This document shows, one piece after another, positions 1-13,757 of a stretch of 64,000 nucleotides of DNA. How positions within the stretch are numbered: the first letter of the stretch is position 1; every line of letters begins with the position of its first letter. The DNA is taken from positions 64,480,001 through 64,544,000 of the forward strand of contig OX597833.1 of NCBI GenBank assembly GCA_951406725.2, read 5' to 3'. This stretch comes from Octopus vulgaris (lineage: Eukaryota). A program made the translations under genes and the position numbers. The notes under the pieces were generated by a model. That model searched no databases. It had not been told where the DNA came from and saw only the letters and a list, made by a program, of their open reading frames with translations.

Positions 1-960
1 CTAACAGCATTTCTTACCCGACGTGCGAACGATTCTGCTGCCTCGTTGCCTTACAGCTCCCCTTTGATATTGCACATTAAATGTATTTTATTTCATAACT
101 TCACCTATAAAATATTGTATGAAGTGGGGTGATACAGATCGAATACGGTGTGGGTTTCTCTGGGAAGTGCTTTTAGCATAGCTACGGTTTGATCAAAATG
201 GTGCAAAATTGGTGAAATTTTGCTTTCAAATTCTTGGAGAATAAAGTTATCGATTATATCGCACTGAATACTTGACTGCTCTTCATTTTATTGATGATGG
301 TAGGAGGAATATGAATATCGATCTCAAAGTTATTTGAAAGCAGAATGTGAACGGACATATTTTTTTGAATTCCAATCTGCAAGTGAAGTGTCTCCCCTCC
401 TCTGCAATTTAATATTCTTCCTAATTTTGGCACAATGCCAGCAATTTTGAGGGGACGGTTGTTAGTTGATTACACCTATACTAGTACTTGATTTAGGATT
501 TATTTTATGAATCCCGAAAAAATGAAATGGAAAATTAAGATCGTAAAGAATTTGAGACGTAACAATGGGTCTGCCAGATGGCCATCTTCTCAGGACTAAA
601 ATGGTACTTCTTGTATCGATACCGAATGGATAAGTGGCAAAGTCGACTTCGGTGGAGTTTGATCTCAGAACGTGAGGAGAGGAAAAAATGCTGCTAAATA
701 TTCGTCCTTCTCGCTAAGGATACTGTTAGCTAAATCGGTTCCTTCTTCCACAATTCAATACTGGGTTTCAAATTTTTGTACAATGCCAGCAGATTTGAGG
801 AGGGCTGGGCAAATACACCGATCCCAGTGATCAAATTGTACTGATTTTATCGACCCTGAAGTTATGAAATGCAAAACTGACCGCAGCAGAATTTCAGCGC
901 AGGAAGGTCAAAATACCGCTAAGTATTTTGCCCACTATACTAACGATTGTACCACACCGG
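1..960 (-). mobile_element. Cluster of highly degraded family B-related SINEs
   Basis: Repeated degenerate TTTATCGACCC..GAAA..AAAGTCGAC..GGAATTTGA motifs near 290, 505, 610 and 846; CACAATGCCAGCA recurs at 430 and 779. Confidence 0.55.
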
Positions 961-1236
961 CGCTTTCTTCCACAATTTAATATTAAAATTTAAACAATAT
1001 TACATGTCCAGATACTATATTTGTGAAGGGAGGACAGAATCCACGAGATCGATTCCAACGGAGGTAATACCTTACGGCAAGGATACAAGATTTCATTGGC
1101 ACAGGGAGGAATTTAGATGTTGCACGAACAGCAGCCGAACCAAGAAAGAAAGGTCAGGTCATCTCTCTTCTCTCCCCACGTGACCGGTGTTCGGCCAAGC
1201 CTAAACTTTGTTTCTTATAGAAACATACATACATAA

Positions 1237-1309
<73 letters not shown>

Positions 1310-1438
1310 CAGTAAAAGTAATTAAGATTCAAGTGAGTTCTGTTGAATTCACATGAATGAGGTACTTAACTTAGATGCACCAATGTTTCATGAATGTAGC
1401 CTCACCCTCTTAGATGTTTTGAGAACTCAGATGTTTTT

Positions 1439-1524
1439 TCGACTGATGAGTGCGGGTCATGTGTATTTGCTGCAATATTTGCAGCCTTAATAAAGGTGGT
1501 CTTTGTACGAAACAATTGTACCGA
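1439..1524 (+). ncRNA. Type I hammerhead-like motif with extended stem II in a (TA)n-flanked element (about 1310-1558)
   Basis: CTGATGA 1443-1449; stem II GTGCGGG/TTTGTAC with wobbles and internal hairpin GCTGCAA/TTGCAGC; GAAA 1509-1512; palindromic stem III ACAATTGT; GUA site at 1518-1520; short stem I TCG/CGA with a mismatch at the core. Confidence 0.6.
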
Positions 1525-1863
1525 CATATTGATCCATTTTTGTTGCTTTTTTCTTGCTTATATATATATATATATATATATACATATGCGTGTATGTGTG
1601 TGAGTGTGTATGTATATATATATGTACATATATATCATGACCTAACTGTTATTTTCTCAGATGCAGCACGTAATTTTGTCAGTGAACAGGTCGCGGTCTC
1701 AAACAGATGAAATTATTTTGACAAATCAAATTTAAATGTTGAAGTGAATCTTACGGTTTTTGTATATTTCGTTAATGGCTTATAACCACCTTCTACGCTG
1801 TAATTGCTTTCGTTCCAGCACACAATATCAGATCATGTCACTTGCTATGCAAGTATATCTCCG

Positions 1864-1908
<45 letters not shown>

Positions 1909-2119
1909 TATATTAAGTCTTTGTACGTATTCATCTATGCAAATATGAATAATGAACATACGATGCACGTTGAGTAACTGAAAAGTCTCATTATTTAGAA
2001 GCGAATACACAATAACTGCTATGATTCCATTATAAACTACGACGAGTGTATATAATACACACAAGTAGATATATATTATATATACATCATATACCACTCA
2101 CACGCACATATATAAAGAC

Positions 2120-2237
<118 letters not shown>

Positions 2238-2594
2238 CATATTGTGTATATATTTAGATAGTAATATTTAATAAATATTACTTTATTTAATAACACCACC
2301 TGTTTACGTGTGAATACATTTTCCTGGAACTCGGATATTTCTATAGAGAATGGAACGATGTTTGAGGAAGTAAGAATGATGAAGATGGTTAATATGAAAT
2401 ATAATGAAATGAAATATCTTACAGAAGCAATATCTGACGAGCGGATAGCGTTTTATGAATACCAGATATTATCGGAAAGAAGCAAATCTGATATTGTCGG
2501 ATATACATACGAAAGATTATACATACATAAATACATACACACTCACACACAGACACATACATATACATATTCATAAATATATACATATACATTC

Positions 2595-2639
<45 letters not shown>

Positions 2640-2891
2640 TATGCGTACCTGTCTATTGTAGCACATAGGTAATTCTACGTTTGTATAACGGCTTTCACGA
2701 ATCCTCACTGAGCACAGATTATGTTGTGATGACGGATGATTCCAGAAGCAAGTTGTGGAAGATAAACAAATTTGAGCATTATAATCCATGCGTTAACTGT
2801 GGCGAGAAACTCACCTTCTTTTAGCGTTTTTTTTTAAATTTCAAATTCCATATTTCTCTGTTCATTCCCTTGCCACACTTTCACTCGGTTA

Positions 2892-2937
<46 letters not shown>

Positions 2938-2997
2938 ATCTATCAATCTGTCCATTTATCTATCGATCTATCCACCTCTCTTTCCCTCTCTGTCACC

Positions 2998-3050
<53 letters not shown>

Positions 3051-3284
3051 AAACTTACTTGGAAAATGATGCGTAGTGTTCGATCATATAATAATATAAA
3101 TAATATATAAATATATGCATATATACATACATACATATATGTACATATCTACATATATATGTATATATAGATGCATATATGGATACAGGACATCAAAAAA
3201 AAAACTGAACACAATGAGAAACGAAAACATAGAAAACGAACATTTTTTCGAATAACGAAACAAAAAACAGAGAAACGAGACTCG

Positions 3285-3321
<37 letters not shown>

Positions 3322-3323
<2 letters not shown>

Positions 3324-3574
3324 TGGAGTAAACACATAAATGTGAAACAAGGTGGAAAAAAAGAGTACTCAAATACCAGTGGTAGAGTAATATGCTTTAT
3401 TTAAAGCAGCAGAAAATTCAACAAAATCTGTACTAGTTCTCGTTGCCGTTCATCAGACAGTTTTTGCTAGAATAGAACCGATATCGGTTCCATTCTACCA
3501 AAAACTGTCTGATGAACGGCAACGAGAAACTCAGAGTAACAAATTTTGTCGGATTTTCTGCTGCTTTAAATAAA

Positions 3575-3575
<1 letters not shown>
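3322..3575. mobile_element. Palindromic Penelope-like terminal fragment with minimal hammerhead motifs
   Basis: Imperfect palindrome 3395-3575 centred on CCGATATCGG. CTGATGA..GAAACTCAGAGTA at 3509-3538 with a damaged mirror copy on the minus strand. Ends in AATAAA; (TA)n flanks. Confidence 0.6.
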
Positions 3576-3613
<38 letters not shown>

Positions 3614-4447
3614 AACACATATGCATATACACATATCTATATATCTACATGTTTGTGCGAATATAGTTTCTAATGTAGGAATATAGTGTACAAATGTAAG
3701 GTTTATCTGAGAAAGTCTTCTTTCAAATGTCTTTGTTAAAACAACGCAGGTCACACTCAAGATGACGTCAGCAGATTATTTAGACACCGATGATCTGACG
3801 TCATTTTACCACGTCAGCAACGATCATCAAATATCTCTCTCTCTCTCTTTGAATGTTCCGGTGTAAATATATTTATGCGTGCGTCTGTGTTTAATTACAA
3901 AGTTTACCTTAACGGTTAAGAGGACCAAAGGTAACTCATATACGCTCTTTACTAAAATTAAACCAACACCCATAAATGATACAGGTTTTAACACCTTGCA
4001 GGTACTATATCTTTATCCGACTAGTGGCGGCCATTTGCCAATTAAACTCCAACGTCAAACTGCACATAATTCATTTCAAACTTCTGTATATATATAAATA
4101 TTTTATTAGTATTAATCGAATAATGTTGCATATATAGATCATAATTTTTTTTCACTCTCGTAACTCTGTGGGTATTTTATCTGTCTCTGCTTTTATCTCC
4201 TCCAATTTCTTTTTCTCTGCTTTTCTCTCTCAGAGGCAAATTTATTTTAGGATAAGCGATATTGTGGATCTGTGTTTTTTTTTTTACTTCTGTTTGTATA
4301 ACATTGATTAATATTAAAAGCTCCGCAGTATAAAGAGGTTATAAATGTGAGGCACAGACTGAGAGGGATGTTATGCAAGCAAGGATGCGTGGCTATAAAA
4401 AAAGCACTTTTTCATAAAGATTTACAATTCTGATTCCATTTACTACG

Positions 4448-4489
<42 letters not shown>

Positions 4490-4565
4490 ACATCCATATA
4501 TATATCTGTATGAATATATATATATGTATATATATGTATGTATATATATATATATGTATATCTAA

Positions 4566-4695
<130 letters not shown>

Positions 4696-4798
4696 GCACA
4701 CACACATATAGATATATAAGCTCGCATATGTACTTGTGATATATGGATGTACAAACGTTTTTTATGTAAATATATATATGTAAATATATATATTTATG

Positions 4799-4839
<41 letters not shown>

Positions 4840-5406
4840 ACGTACATATAGATATATACATGTACGCTTCTCTGTGGGAGTGCGTGCGTGCGTGTCTGTA
4901 TACGTACGCACATATCCACGTATATATATGCAATCCATTCAACTCACCATAATACTTTATTGTCTTCGTATTATATTTGTTAACGATGATGTTATTATTA
5001 TAGCGTATATTTCCTTCCATAGATGTTTTATGTTACCTTCCATACACCCATAAACCATGTGTTGATGCTATTTAATACTCTGTCACATACATATTGCTTT
5101 CTCCTTCATCCTCCCAGTTTTGTCTTTTTCAATATCATTGACCGATATTGTGTTCTATAGGAGAAGAAGGCAAATAAATGGTTCAGTCAGATTCCAATAA
5201 GCATTTTATGGGATCCTCTTCAGAAAACAATTTCGTGTCCATACTCTGATTTACTGTAATGGTTGCTTCATCTTTTCTCTTCTTTCTCTCTTTCTTTTTT
5301 CTTTTCTTTCTTTCTTTCTTTCTTTTTCTTCCTTTCTTTCTTTCTTTTTTCTTCATTCCTTCCTTCTTTCCTTTTTCCTTCCTTTCTTCTTTCTTTCTTT
5401 CCTTTT

Positions 5407-5446
<40 letters not shown>

Positions 5447-5589
5447 TATTTATTTCCTACTCTCTTTCTTTCTTTCTTTTTTGTCTTCGCATTTGGTAAA
5501 TATTTCGTGGTGGAATCTTTCTTTTCAACTTCTTTTAAGGTTTCCTTTTATCATTTTTTTATTTGTGCGTATGCATTTTCAGACAAAGG

Positions 5590-5882
5590 TTAGTTGTTTT
5601 GTTCCTTCTCGAGCCATGCCTGGCTCATAAGGGGCGGTCCCCCCCCCCCCCGCTGGACGGGACGCCTGTCCGTCGCAGGCGAGCTGCAAGATGCATGAGG
5701 AGAAAGTGAGATAAAATTATGGTGAAAGAGTCAATAGAAGTCCGCCATTACCTTCTGCCGGAGCCGCGTGGGCGCTTAGGTATTTCGCTCATAAACACAC
5801 ACATCGCCCGGTCTGAGATTCGAACCCGCGATCCCTAACCCCGAGTCCGCTGCTCTAACCATTAGGCCATGTACCTCCACTG
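5590..5882 (-). mobile_element. tRNA-derived SINE related to family C with a different tail
   Basis: Head TGGCCTAATGGTTAGAGCAGCGGACTC..GGTTCGAATC; tail CCTTATGAGCC..GCTCGAGAAGGAAC; flanked by CAAAGGTTAGTT repeats. Confidence 0.8.
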
Positions 5883-6283
5883 CAAAGGTTAGTTTTTTTC
5901 CAGATTTCTATCTTTTGCTTGTTTCAGACATTTTGATTTTTCAAAATTACCAAGCACCCACACCACCACACACACGCACGCACGCACACACATAACTAAA
6001 ACCATGCTGCTGCACCGCCTTAAAGAGTTTAATCGAACAAATCGAACCCAATACGTAACTTATATTGAATTCATTTATTTTGTTTATCTTGTTTATCACA
6101 TGCTTAAGACCGAAATTTGAAAGGACCACTGAAACAAATCCATTCTTAAAGGTGTATCCTTTAACTAAATTCTGTTGCCTTTAACTTAAGTACCATATTC
6201 AACTGAATCTAAACTTTACTAAACTTATATATACATACACACACACACACATATATATATATGTGTGTGTGTGTGTATATATA

Positions 6284-6502
6284 TTTCTTTTTACTACCCA
6301 CAAGGGGCTAAACATAGAGGGGACAAACAAGGACAGACAAAGGGATTAAGTCAATTACATCGACCCAGTGCGAAACTGGTACTTTATTTATCGATCCCGA
6401 AAGGATGAAAGGCAAAGTCTACCTCGGCGAAATTTGAACTCAGAACGTAACGACAGACGAAATACCGCTAAGCATTTCGCCCGGCGCGCTAACGTTTCTG
6501 CT
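6284..6502 (-). mobile_element. SINE family B
   Basis: Reverse-complement match to 10521-10755. Confidence 0.85.
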
Positions 6503-7106
6503 ATATATATATATATATATATATTGAGTAGTTGAATGAATTATCTTATACTTTTAATATATATATATTATATATATATTATCCTATACTTTTAATATAT
6601 ATATATATATATACACATACATACATATACATATGTACAACCATTCATGTGACGGAGTCTTTTACAAATACAGCCATAAAGGCGGCAACGCTATGACAGA
6701 CTGTTCCGTTTTAACCGATTAGATAACCACAACATGGGGAATGTGTGGACAGCTACAAAATCTTGCTCTTCTAATAAAATTTAACCAGAATCCATCAGGA
6801 ACCTATTGTTTTCGTATCGATTTTAAGATCCATTCTATTCTCAGAACTAAAAACGGCCGGCGACAGGAATACAAAAGGCAGCATTTTAACTAGGAAGCTT
6901 TATACGTCATTCTCTCGTAGTCATACGTCGAAAGGTTCGTAAGCTTCAACGGCAGAGCATAAAAGGTTTGACGAAATGGATATGGCGGCCCCGTAGTATT
7001 CCCGTTGTAGAAGCACTCTATTCAAAAGTGACAATGATAAATGAGATCCAATATATACAAACATAGGGACCTACATACACACATAAATATATACATATAT
7101 ACATAC

Positions 7107-7163
<57 letters not shown>

Positions 7164-7165
<2 letters not shown>

Positions 7166-7330
7166 CGCAGGAGTGGCTGTGTGGTAAGTAGCTTGCTAAG
7201 CAACCACATGGTTCTGGGTTCAGTCCCACTGCGTGGCATCTTGGGCAAGCGTCTTCTGCTATAGCCCCGGGCCGACCAATGCCTTGTGAATGGATTTAGT
7301 AGACAGAAACTGAAAGAAGCCTGTCGTATA
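7164..7330 (+). mobile_element. SINE family A, 5' half
   Basis: Matches the first half of 8221-8640 and stops at the internal microsatellite. Confidence 0.85.
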
Positions 7331-7854
7331 TATGTATATATATATGTATATATGTATGTATGTATATATGTATATGTATATATACAAACACACAGACACT
7401 CATATAGATGCCAATGAAATTACCTCAACTTGATTCATTGAATTTTATACGAAACTACTGAAGGTTTCTGTTTTCCCAGATATTTATTGGCAGCAGCCAT
7501 ATTGAGTCAGAGTTTTGAAGGGATTTTACTCACATGTACGGAATCCATTATTTGACAGGGACCCATTTTACCCATGTCTCTCAAATGGTTAACGCCGTCT
7601 CTTGCGCTACATTCTTTTTGACAGTTGGTTCGCCAATAGTTACTCAAACACATTAAAATAATTCCATGTGATTCACACCTGTAAACACAAATCTATACAC
7701 GGCAAGGCAATTTTTTTGATTTCCAGATACTCAGTGAAATGGCGGTATTAGAAGAAGAATGGTCACGGTGCCACTTAGCGTGAGAGAATTTGGCAGCGCG
7801 TAAAATAGAGACAAAATTCTTAATGGAACAACTAAACGCGCACATATAAATATG

Positions 7855-8001
<147 letters not shown>

Positions 8002-8220
8002 CATTGTTCAGTTTTATTTCAAGATTTCATGTCAATAGAGATAGAGCTGGTTTCTAACCAAGATGCAAGGCTTCTTCACAGGAATTTCAACAACATCAAC
8101 ATCGTATTTTTCTATGTATGTATGGAGGGATGGATTGACGAATGTGTGCAGATTTCTATGTTTTGTTTCGTGTATGTATTCCCATGCATATATTTGCATG
8201 TTTAGCTATGCTCATATATA

Positions 8221-8383
8221 CGCAGGAGTGGCTGTGTGGTAAGTAGCTTGCTTACCAGCCACATGGTTCTGGGTTCAGTCCCACTGCGTGGCATCTTGGG
8301 CAAGTGTATTCTGCTATAGCCCCGGACCGACCAATGCCTTGTGAGTGGATTTGGTAAACAGAAACTGAAAGAAGCCTGTCGTA

Positions 8384-8414
<31 letters not shown>

Positions 8415-8640
8415 GTATGTGTGTATATGTTTGTGTGTCTTTGTTTGTCCCCCTAGCATTGCTTGACAACAGATGCTGGTGTGTTTACGTCCCCGTCACT
8501 TAGCGGTTCGGCAAAAGAGACTGATAGAATAAGTACTGGGCTTACAAAGAATAAGTCCCGGGGTCGATTTGCTCGACTAAAAGGCGGTGCTCCAGCATGG
8601 CCACAGTCAAATGACTGAAACAAGTAAAAGAGTAAAAGAG
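8221..8640 (+). mobile_element. tRNA-derived SINE family A, near full length
   Basis: A/B-box-like head (GTGGCTGTGTGG..GGTTCAGTCCC), internal (TA/TG)n tract, (GTAAAAGA)n tail; many homologues in the window. Confidence 0.85.
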
Positions 8641-8953
8641 TATACGTAAATGATAAACTTCTGGAAACTCATATAAACAACTTTGGCGTGCTGTTGGTTT
8701 CAGTGCGTCTCAACCTCAGTTGTGCCTATGGTTTCATAGCAAACTGCATTGAACAGTGAAGTCACAGCTTTGCAACACATTATCTGTACAAAAGAAACTC
8801 CTGCGCTTGAATCCCTTTGAATACGAAACGTCTGCAGAGATTTATACAAATTACGAAGTGATTTTGCTCAGTTATTTAGACATATATAACGAAGATGAAC
8901 ATATATGCAGGATGACAAACATGAATAGTAAATCTATTTATATATTTTTGCAG

Positions 8954-9040
<87 letters not shown>

Positions 9041-9044
<4 letters not shown>

Positions 9045-9140
9045 GAAATGAAGAAAATGCTGACAAAATAATTTAAGTAATTTAAGTATTTTTTACTTAA
9101 TTACTTAAATTATTTTGTCAGCATTTTCTTCATTTCCTTT
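9041..9140. repeat. Near-perfect inverted repeat (about 47-bp arms)
   Basis: AAAGGAAATGAAGAAAATGCTGACAAAATAATTTAAGTAATT followed by its reverse complement. Confidence 0.9.
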
Positions 9141-9602
9141 TTTATATATCACAACTCGTGTTCTACATCTCCTTTTTTAAATATATATATATATGTGTGT
9201 GTGTGTGTGTATCAAGTAGTTAGCGTTAAAAACCTCATAAGGGAAATTTTTCTATCAATTATTTCTCTTAAATATACATACTTATATTAAGGGCATTACT
9301 TTACATAAGTACCTCACGCTAGGAGGGACTCCTAAAATCAAAACTACCATAATAAATAAATTATCATGTTAGTTTTGACTTTAACAGTCCCTCATATGCG
9401 GCCTGTTATGCTTACATTTGACACAATTTTTGATGGGAATATTCCACCAGTATTCCTTGAGTTGATGTTTATGAATGTATTCAATAACATAAATTTTCTA
9501 AGTTTGTATCAGGACAATCTTTTTTGCGGATGGCATTGTAAATTGTTTTAGCCAAACTCTTCTATTATAGGTTGTTTGTGGTTGTCTGACTCAGATGATG
9601 TT

Positions 9603-10092
9603 TATGTATGTATGTATGCATGTATGTATGTATGTATGTATGTATGTATATATGCATGCATGTATGTATGTGTGTATGTATGTATGTATATATGCATGTA
9701 TGTATGAATGAATGTATGTGTGTGTATGTACGTATGTGTGTGTGTATGTATGTATGTGTGTATGTATGCATGTATGTATGTATGTATGTATGTATGTATG
9801 TATGTATGTATGTATGTGTGTGTGTATATATGCATGTATGTATGAATGAATGTATGTATGTATGTATATATGTATGCATGTATATATGTATGTATGTATG
9901 TATGCATGTATGTATGTATGTATGTATGCATGTATGTATGCATGTATGTATGAATGTATGTATGTATGTATGTATATATATATGTATGCATGTATATAAG
10001 TATGTATGTATGTATGTATGTATGTATGTATATGTATGTATGCATGTAAGTATGTATGTACGTATGTATGTGTATGTATGCATGTATGTATG

Positions 10093-10131
<39 letters not shown>
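9603..10131. repeat. (TATG)n compound microsatellite
   Basis: Direct inspection. Confidence 0.95.
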
Positions 10132-10134
<3 letters not shown>

Positions 10135-10520
10135 TATACATACATACCTTGAAATGTGGTTACTTTGAACAAAATATGATAGTTTCTTTCCTCTTATTCC
10201 TTGTTACAAAATTTCTTACAGAATTGTTTAAATGTGTTGCTAAACTTGGGAATTATGTTTCTATGATAATATAATTTCAATACGTAAAGATAAAATTTGT
10301 AAATATAACTTTCATTATCCACTCCAAGAAAGAACTTATCAAATTCTTCAAATTCCAGCAAAAACAGACATTTTTGCAAGATATGAATGCTTTTGTCAGT
10401 AGCTAAAGGACTTGTTGCATAAAAGATATAAGCTTTTGTTAAAATATAATGTTAATACAACTAGTTGATGATTTTCTATTGAAGTGTTTTCCATCACTTT
10501 GGTATATTTGTAATAACTTA

Positions 10521-10755
10521 GGGCGGCGAGCTGGCAGAAACGTTAGCGCGCCGGGCGAAATGCTTAGGGGTATTTCGTCTGTCGTTACGTTCTGAGTTCA
10601 AATTCCGCCACCGAGGTCGACTTTGCCTTTCATCCTTTCGGTGTCGATAAATAAAGTACCAGTTTCGCACTGGTGTCGATGTAATCGACTTAATCCCTTT
10701 TATCTGTCCTTGTTTGTCCCCTCTATATTTAGCCTCTTGTGGGCAGTAAAGAAAT
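10521..10755 (+). mobile_element. tRNA-derived SINE family B (Meta-domain-like) with target-site duplication
   Basis: Head GGCGGCGAGCTGGCAGAA..GAGTTCAAATTCC; central GTCGACTTTGCCTTTCATCCTTTCGG domain; flanked by TATATTTGTAAYAACTT direct repeats. Confidence 0.85.
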
Positions 10756-12394
10756 ATATATTTGTAACAACTTGTGTCACATGACATTGTTCGCCCCACA
10801 CCACCGCATTTGATTATCTAGCGGGTTTAATTCAAAGTAACACTGATCACTGTTTCCGGCAGTAAGCAAGCTGCTACCATGGTTCAGACTAATAGTTTCC
10901 ATTATAATTTAGGTATTTAAGATTTTAAAATGTTTTTCCTATTTATGGACAATATTTTACCCTTAGAATTAATGAGCTGTAACCCCAAATTTATCATTTT
11001 TATTATTATGGCTTGATAATCAGAATCAGTTTTCCTTTCTGTTGCAAAGTCTAATTCTTTAAACCATATTCTGTTATTTTTAGGATCAACTTATAGTTTG
11101 GATCGAGTCATAAGCGTAATTTTGAACATAAGTACATATATGCTCACCTACTTGCATACCTGGATCAACGAACAGGCCGTCTCTACTTTTTCGATATTTA
11201 TCCAAATGAAAGGCTGCCATCTTGAATTGATACAGTTTACTGTCTGTTGCTGTATTGCTGGCGTTGCTGTTAGAATGTAGCCATACTGAGAAGATGCCGC
11301 AGAAATCTTTCTTGATCTATTATTAGCCGCTGGAGGGCGGGATTGGCACTGTTCTATCGATTGCGATCGATGAATAGCAAAATTAAACCCAGCGAAATTT
11401 TAGCTCAGACCATGGAGAACATGACTGATTTCTCATAGCATTCTACTCAACGCTCTAAAATAGCTTTTTATTCGACATTGACTTTGTTAACAGATAACAA
11501 GAACAAAAATCGGAGTCTAACACAGAAATAATCTGCTAATCATACGACATTGTATTCCCATGCATATAGTTGCATATCTAGACAGGTTCATATATACGTA
11601 AGCGATAAACGTCTGGAAACTATTACAGATTTTTTTTTACAGTTCCAGTGATGGATTGGATCTGTAGTCTTCGAATAAGCTTTCTCCTTTCTGGTTTTGA
11701 GAATCTTAATTGGCAGAAATAGTCTGCCAATAATACGACATTGTTGGTCACATGGACTTTGCAGGCAGTCGACCCCCGAGTAGGCCATTTTGTGGTCAGC
11801 GATTTACTGCTGACCGCTCATATATTATTCTCCCACTGTGCAATTTATCCATCTTCAATATACAATAATTTTATTTAGATAGCCCACCTAGTCCACCCAG
11901 TCCACCCATGACCACCTCGGTTATTTTTCAGGTTTATTGTATGCTGTAATTTATTATCCAATCTGTTCCTTTCTATTTTTCTTTCAAGACAAAAGGCTAC
12001 ATTTTGTGAGACTTTTGGATGACTGCACTTTTTAGCATACACAGCGACCATTTATAGACTTCTTCTGGTATCATTGACTCGTGACAGACACAATAATCGA
12101 ACGAGATAGGAATCTCATATTAAAATATATGGCTTCCTGACGGTGAGAAGAATTGGAGAGATTTACTATTGTTGCGGACAAGTGGGTAGAATTGATTTCG
12201 GATACGGTATTAATTTCAGTCAGGCGCCAAATGGATCTGTGCGTTCATCATGTCTTTTGGAACGTAAGCAGGTGTAAATGGTTGTCGCCTATGAAAATGG
12301 TTAAATCGATTCTCTGAGTATTGTGTTCTGTGTATGTATGTATGTGCATGTTTAAGTATCTGTGCGTATATCTACACACACGCACATACACATA

Positions 12395-12500
12395 TATATA
12401 TATATATGGGAATAGGGCAAGAGAGAGGGATAGTGAGAGAGGGAAATACAATACAGACACTTCCACACATACAGGCCCTTATACTTGGACATATGTATGC

Positions 12501-12548
<48 letters not shown>

Positions 12549-12644
12549 GGAAAGGGCAAGAGAGACGGAAACTGAGAGAGAGAAAGACAATATAGATTCT
12601 TCCGCACATACACGCCCTTATACGTGGACATATGTATGTATGTG

Positions 12645-12680
<36 letters not shown>
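12395..12680. repeat. Diverged ~139-bp tandem duplication bounded by (TA)n
   Basis: ATGGG..AGGGCAAGAGA..CCCTTATAC.TGGACATATGTATG occurs twice. Confidence 0.8.
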
Positions 12681-12682
<2 letters not shown>

Positions 12683-12928
12683 GAGCGTGGCTCAGTGGTT
12701 AGCACGTGGGAAATATGATCGTAAGATTGTGGTTTCGGTTCCTGGACCGGGGTGTGTGCTGCGTTCCTGTGTAAAACACTTCATTTTACGTTGCTCTAGT
12801 CCATTCAGGAGGCATAAATGAGTAAGTCTGCGATCGATCGGCGTCCTGTCAACATAGGGAATGAATACGCCACTGAAACTGGGAAACCGTCCCTTACGAG
12901 CCTGGGATTGCTCGAGAAGGAAACATAA
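12681..12928 (+). mobile_element. tRNA-derived SINE
   Basis: GTGGCTCAGTGGTTAG A-box and GGTTTCGGTTCC B-box; tail shared with 5590-5882. Confidence 0.7.
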
Positions 12929-13098
12929 AATGATATGCATATATATATATACATATATATGCATACATACACTCCTATGAATATATATATATATATATAT
13001 AACACAAATATATAAAGATACCATGCATTCACCACTTCAAGCTAAAACTTATATTCTTTAAATATCATTTTCACTATTGTTGTTGTTACTTTATTGAT

Positions 13099-13166
<68 letters not shown>

Positions 13167-13500
13167 TGTGTGTGTGTGTGTGTGAGAGAGAGAGAAAGAG
13201 AGGGAGATTGATAGATAGATATATGCAGAATGCATATATATGAGTGCGTATCTGTGGCTGTACGAGCGTGTGTGTATTTATACTGATAAACCTACGAAGC
13301 TAATATTAAAAATGTTACAAAACTTGAACTTTCTACACTTGTATTAAGTTCACTATTCACCGAATGATCAATCATTAAAAAAAAAAGGTTACTTTAACTA
13401 TATATATGTGAATGTACCCAGTTTGAACGTAAAACGGCTGAAATATTTGAGCCGGATATGGTTGCTTTAAATACTAAAATTTTCGGTGCTATATATATAT

Positions 13501-13757
13501 ACCGGAGTAAACACATAAATGTGAAACAAGGTGGAAAAAAAGATTACTCAAATACCAGTGGTAGAGTAATATTTTTATTTAAAGCAGCAGAAAATTCAAC
13601 AAAACCTGTTACTCTGAGTTTCCCGTTGCCGTTCGTCGGACAGTTTTTGCTAGAATAGAACCGATATCGGTTCCGTTCTAGCAAAAACTGTCCGACGAAC
13701 GGCAACAGGAAACTCAGAGTAACAGGTTTTGTTGAATTTTCTGCTGCTTTAAATAAA
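13501..13757. mobile_element. Second copy of the palindromic Penelope-like fragment
   Basis: Homologous to 3322-3575. Near-perfect palindrome 13574-13757 centred at 13665/13666. Core reads CCGACGA in both arms. Confidence 0.6.

Noticed and set aside
7164-7235. tRNA genes at SINE heads
   Set aside because: A/B boxes are present, but they run straight into SINE bodies and lack a proper cloverleaf.
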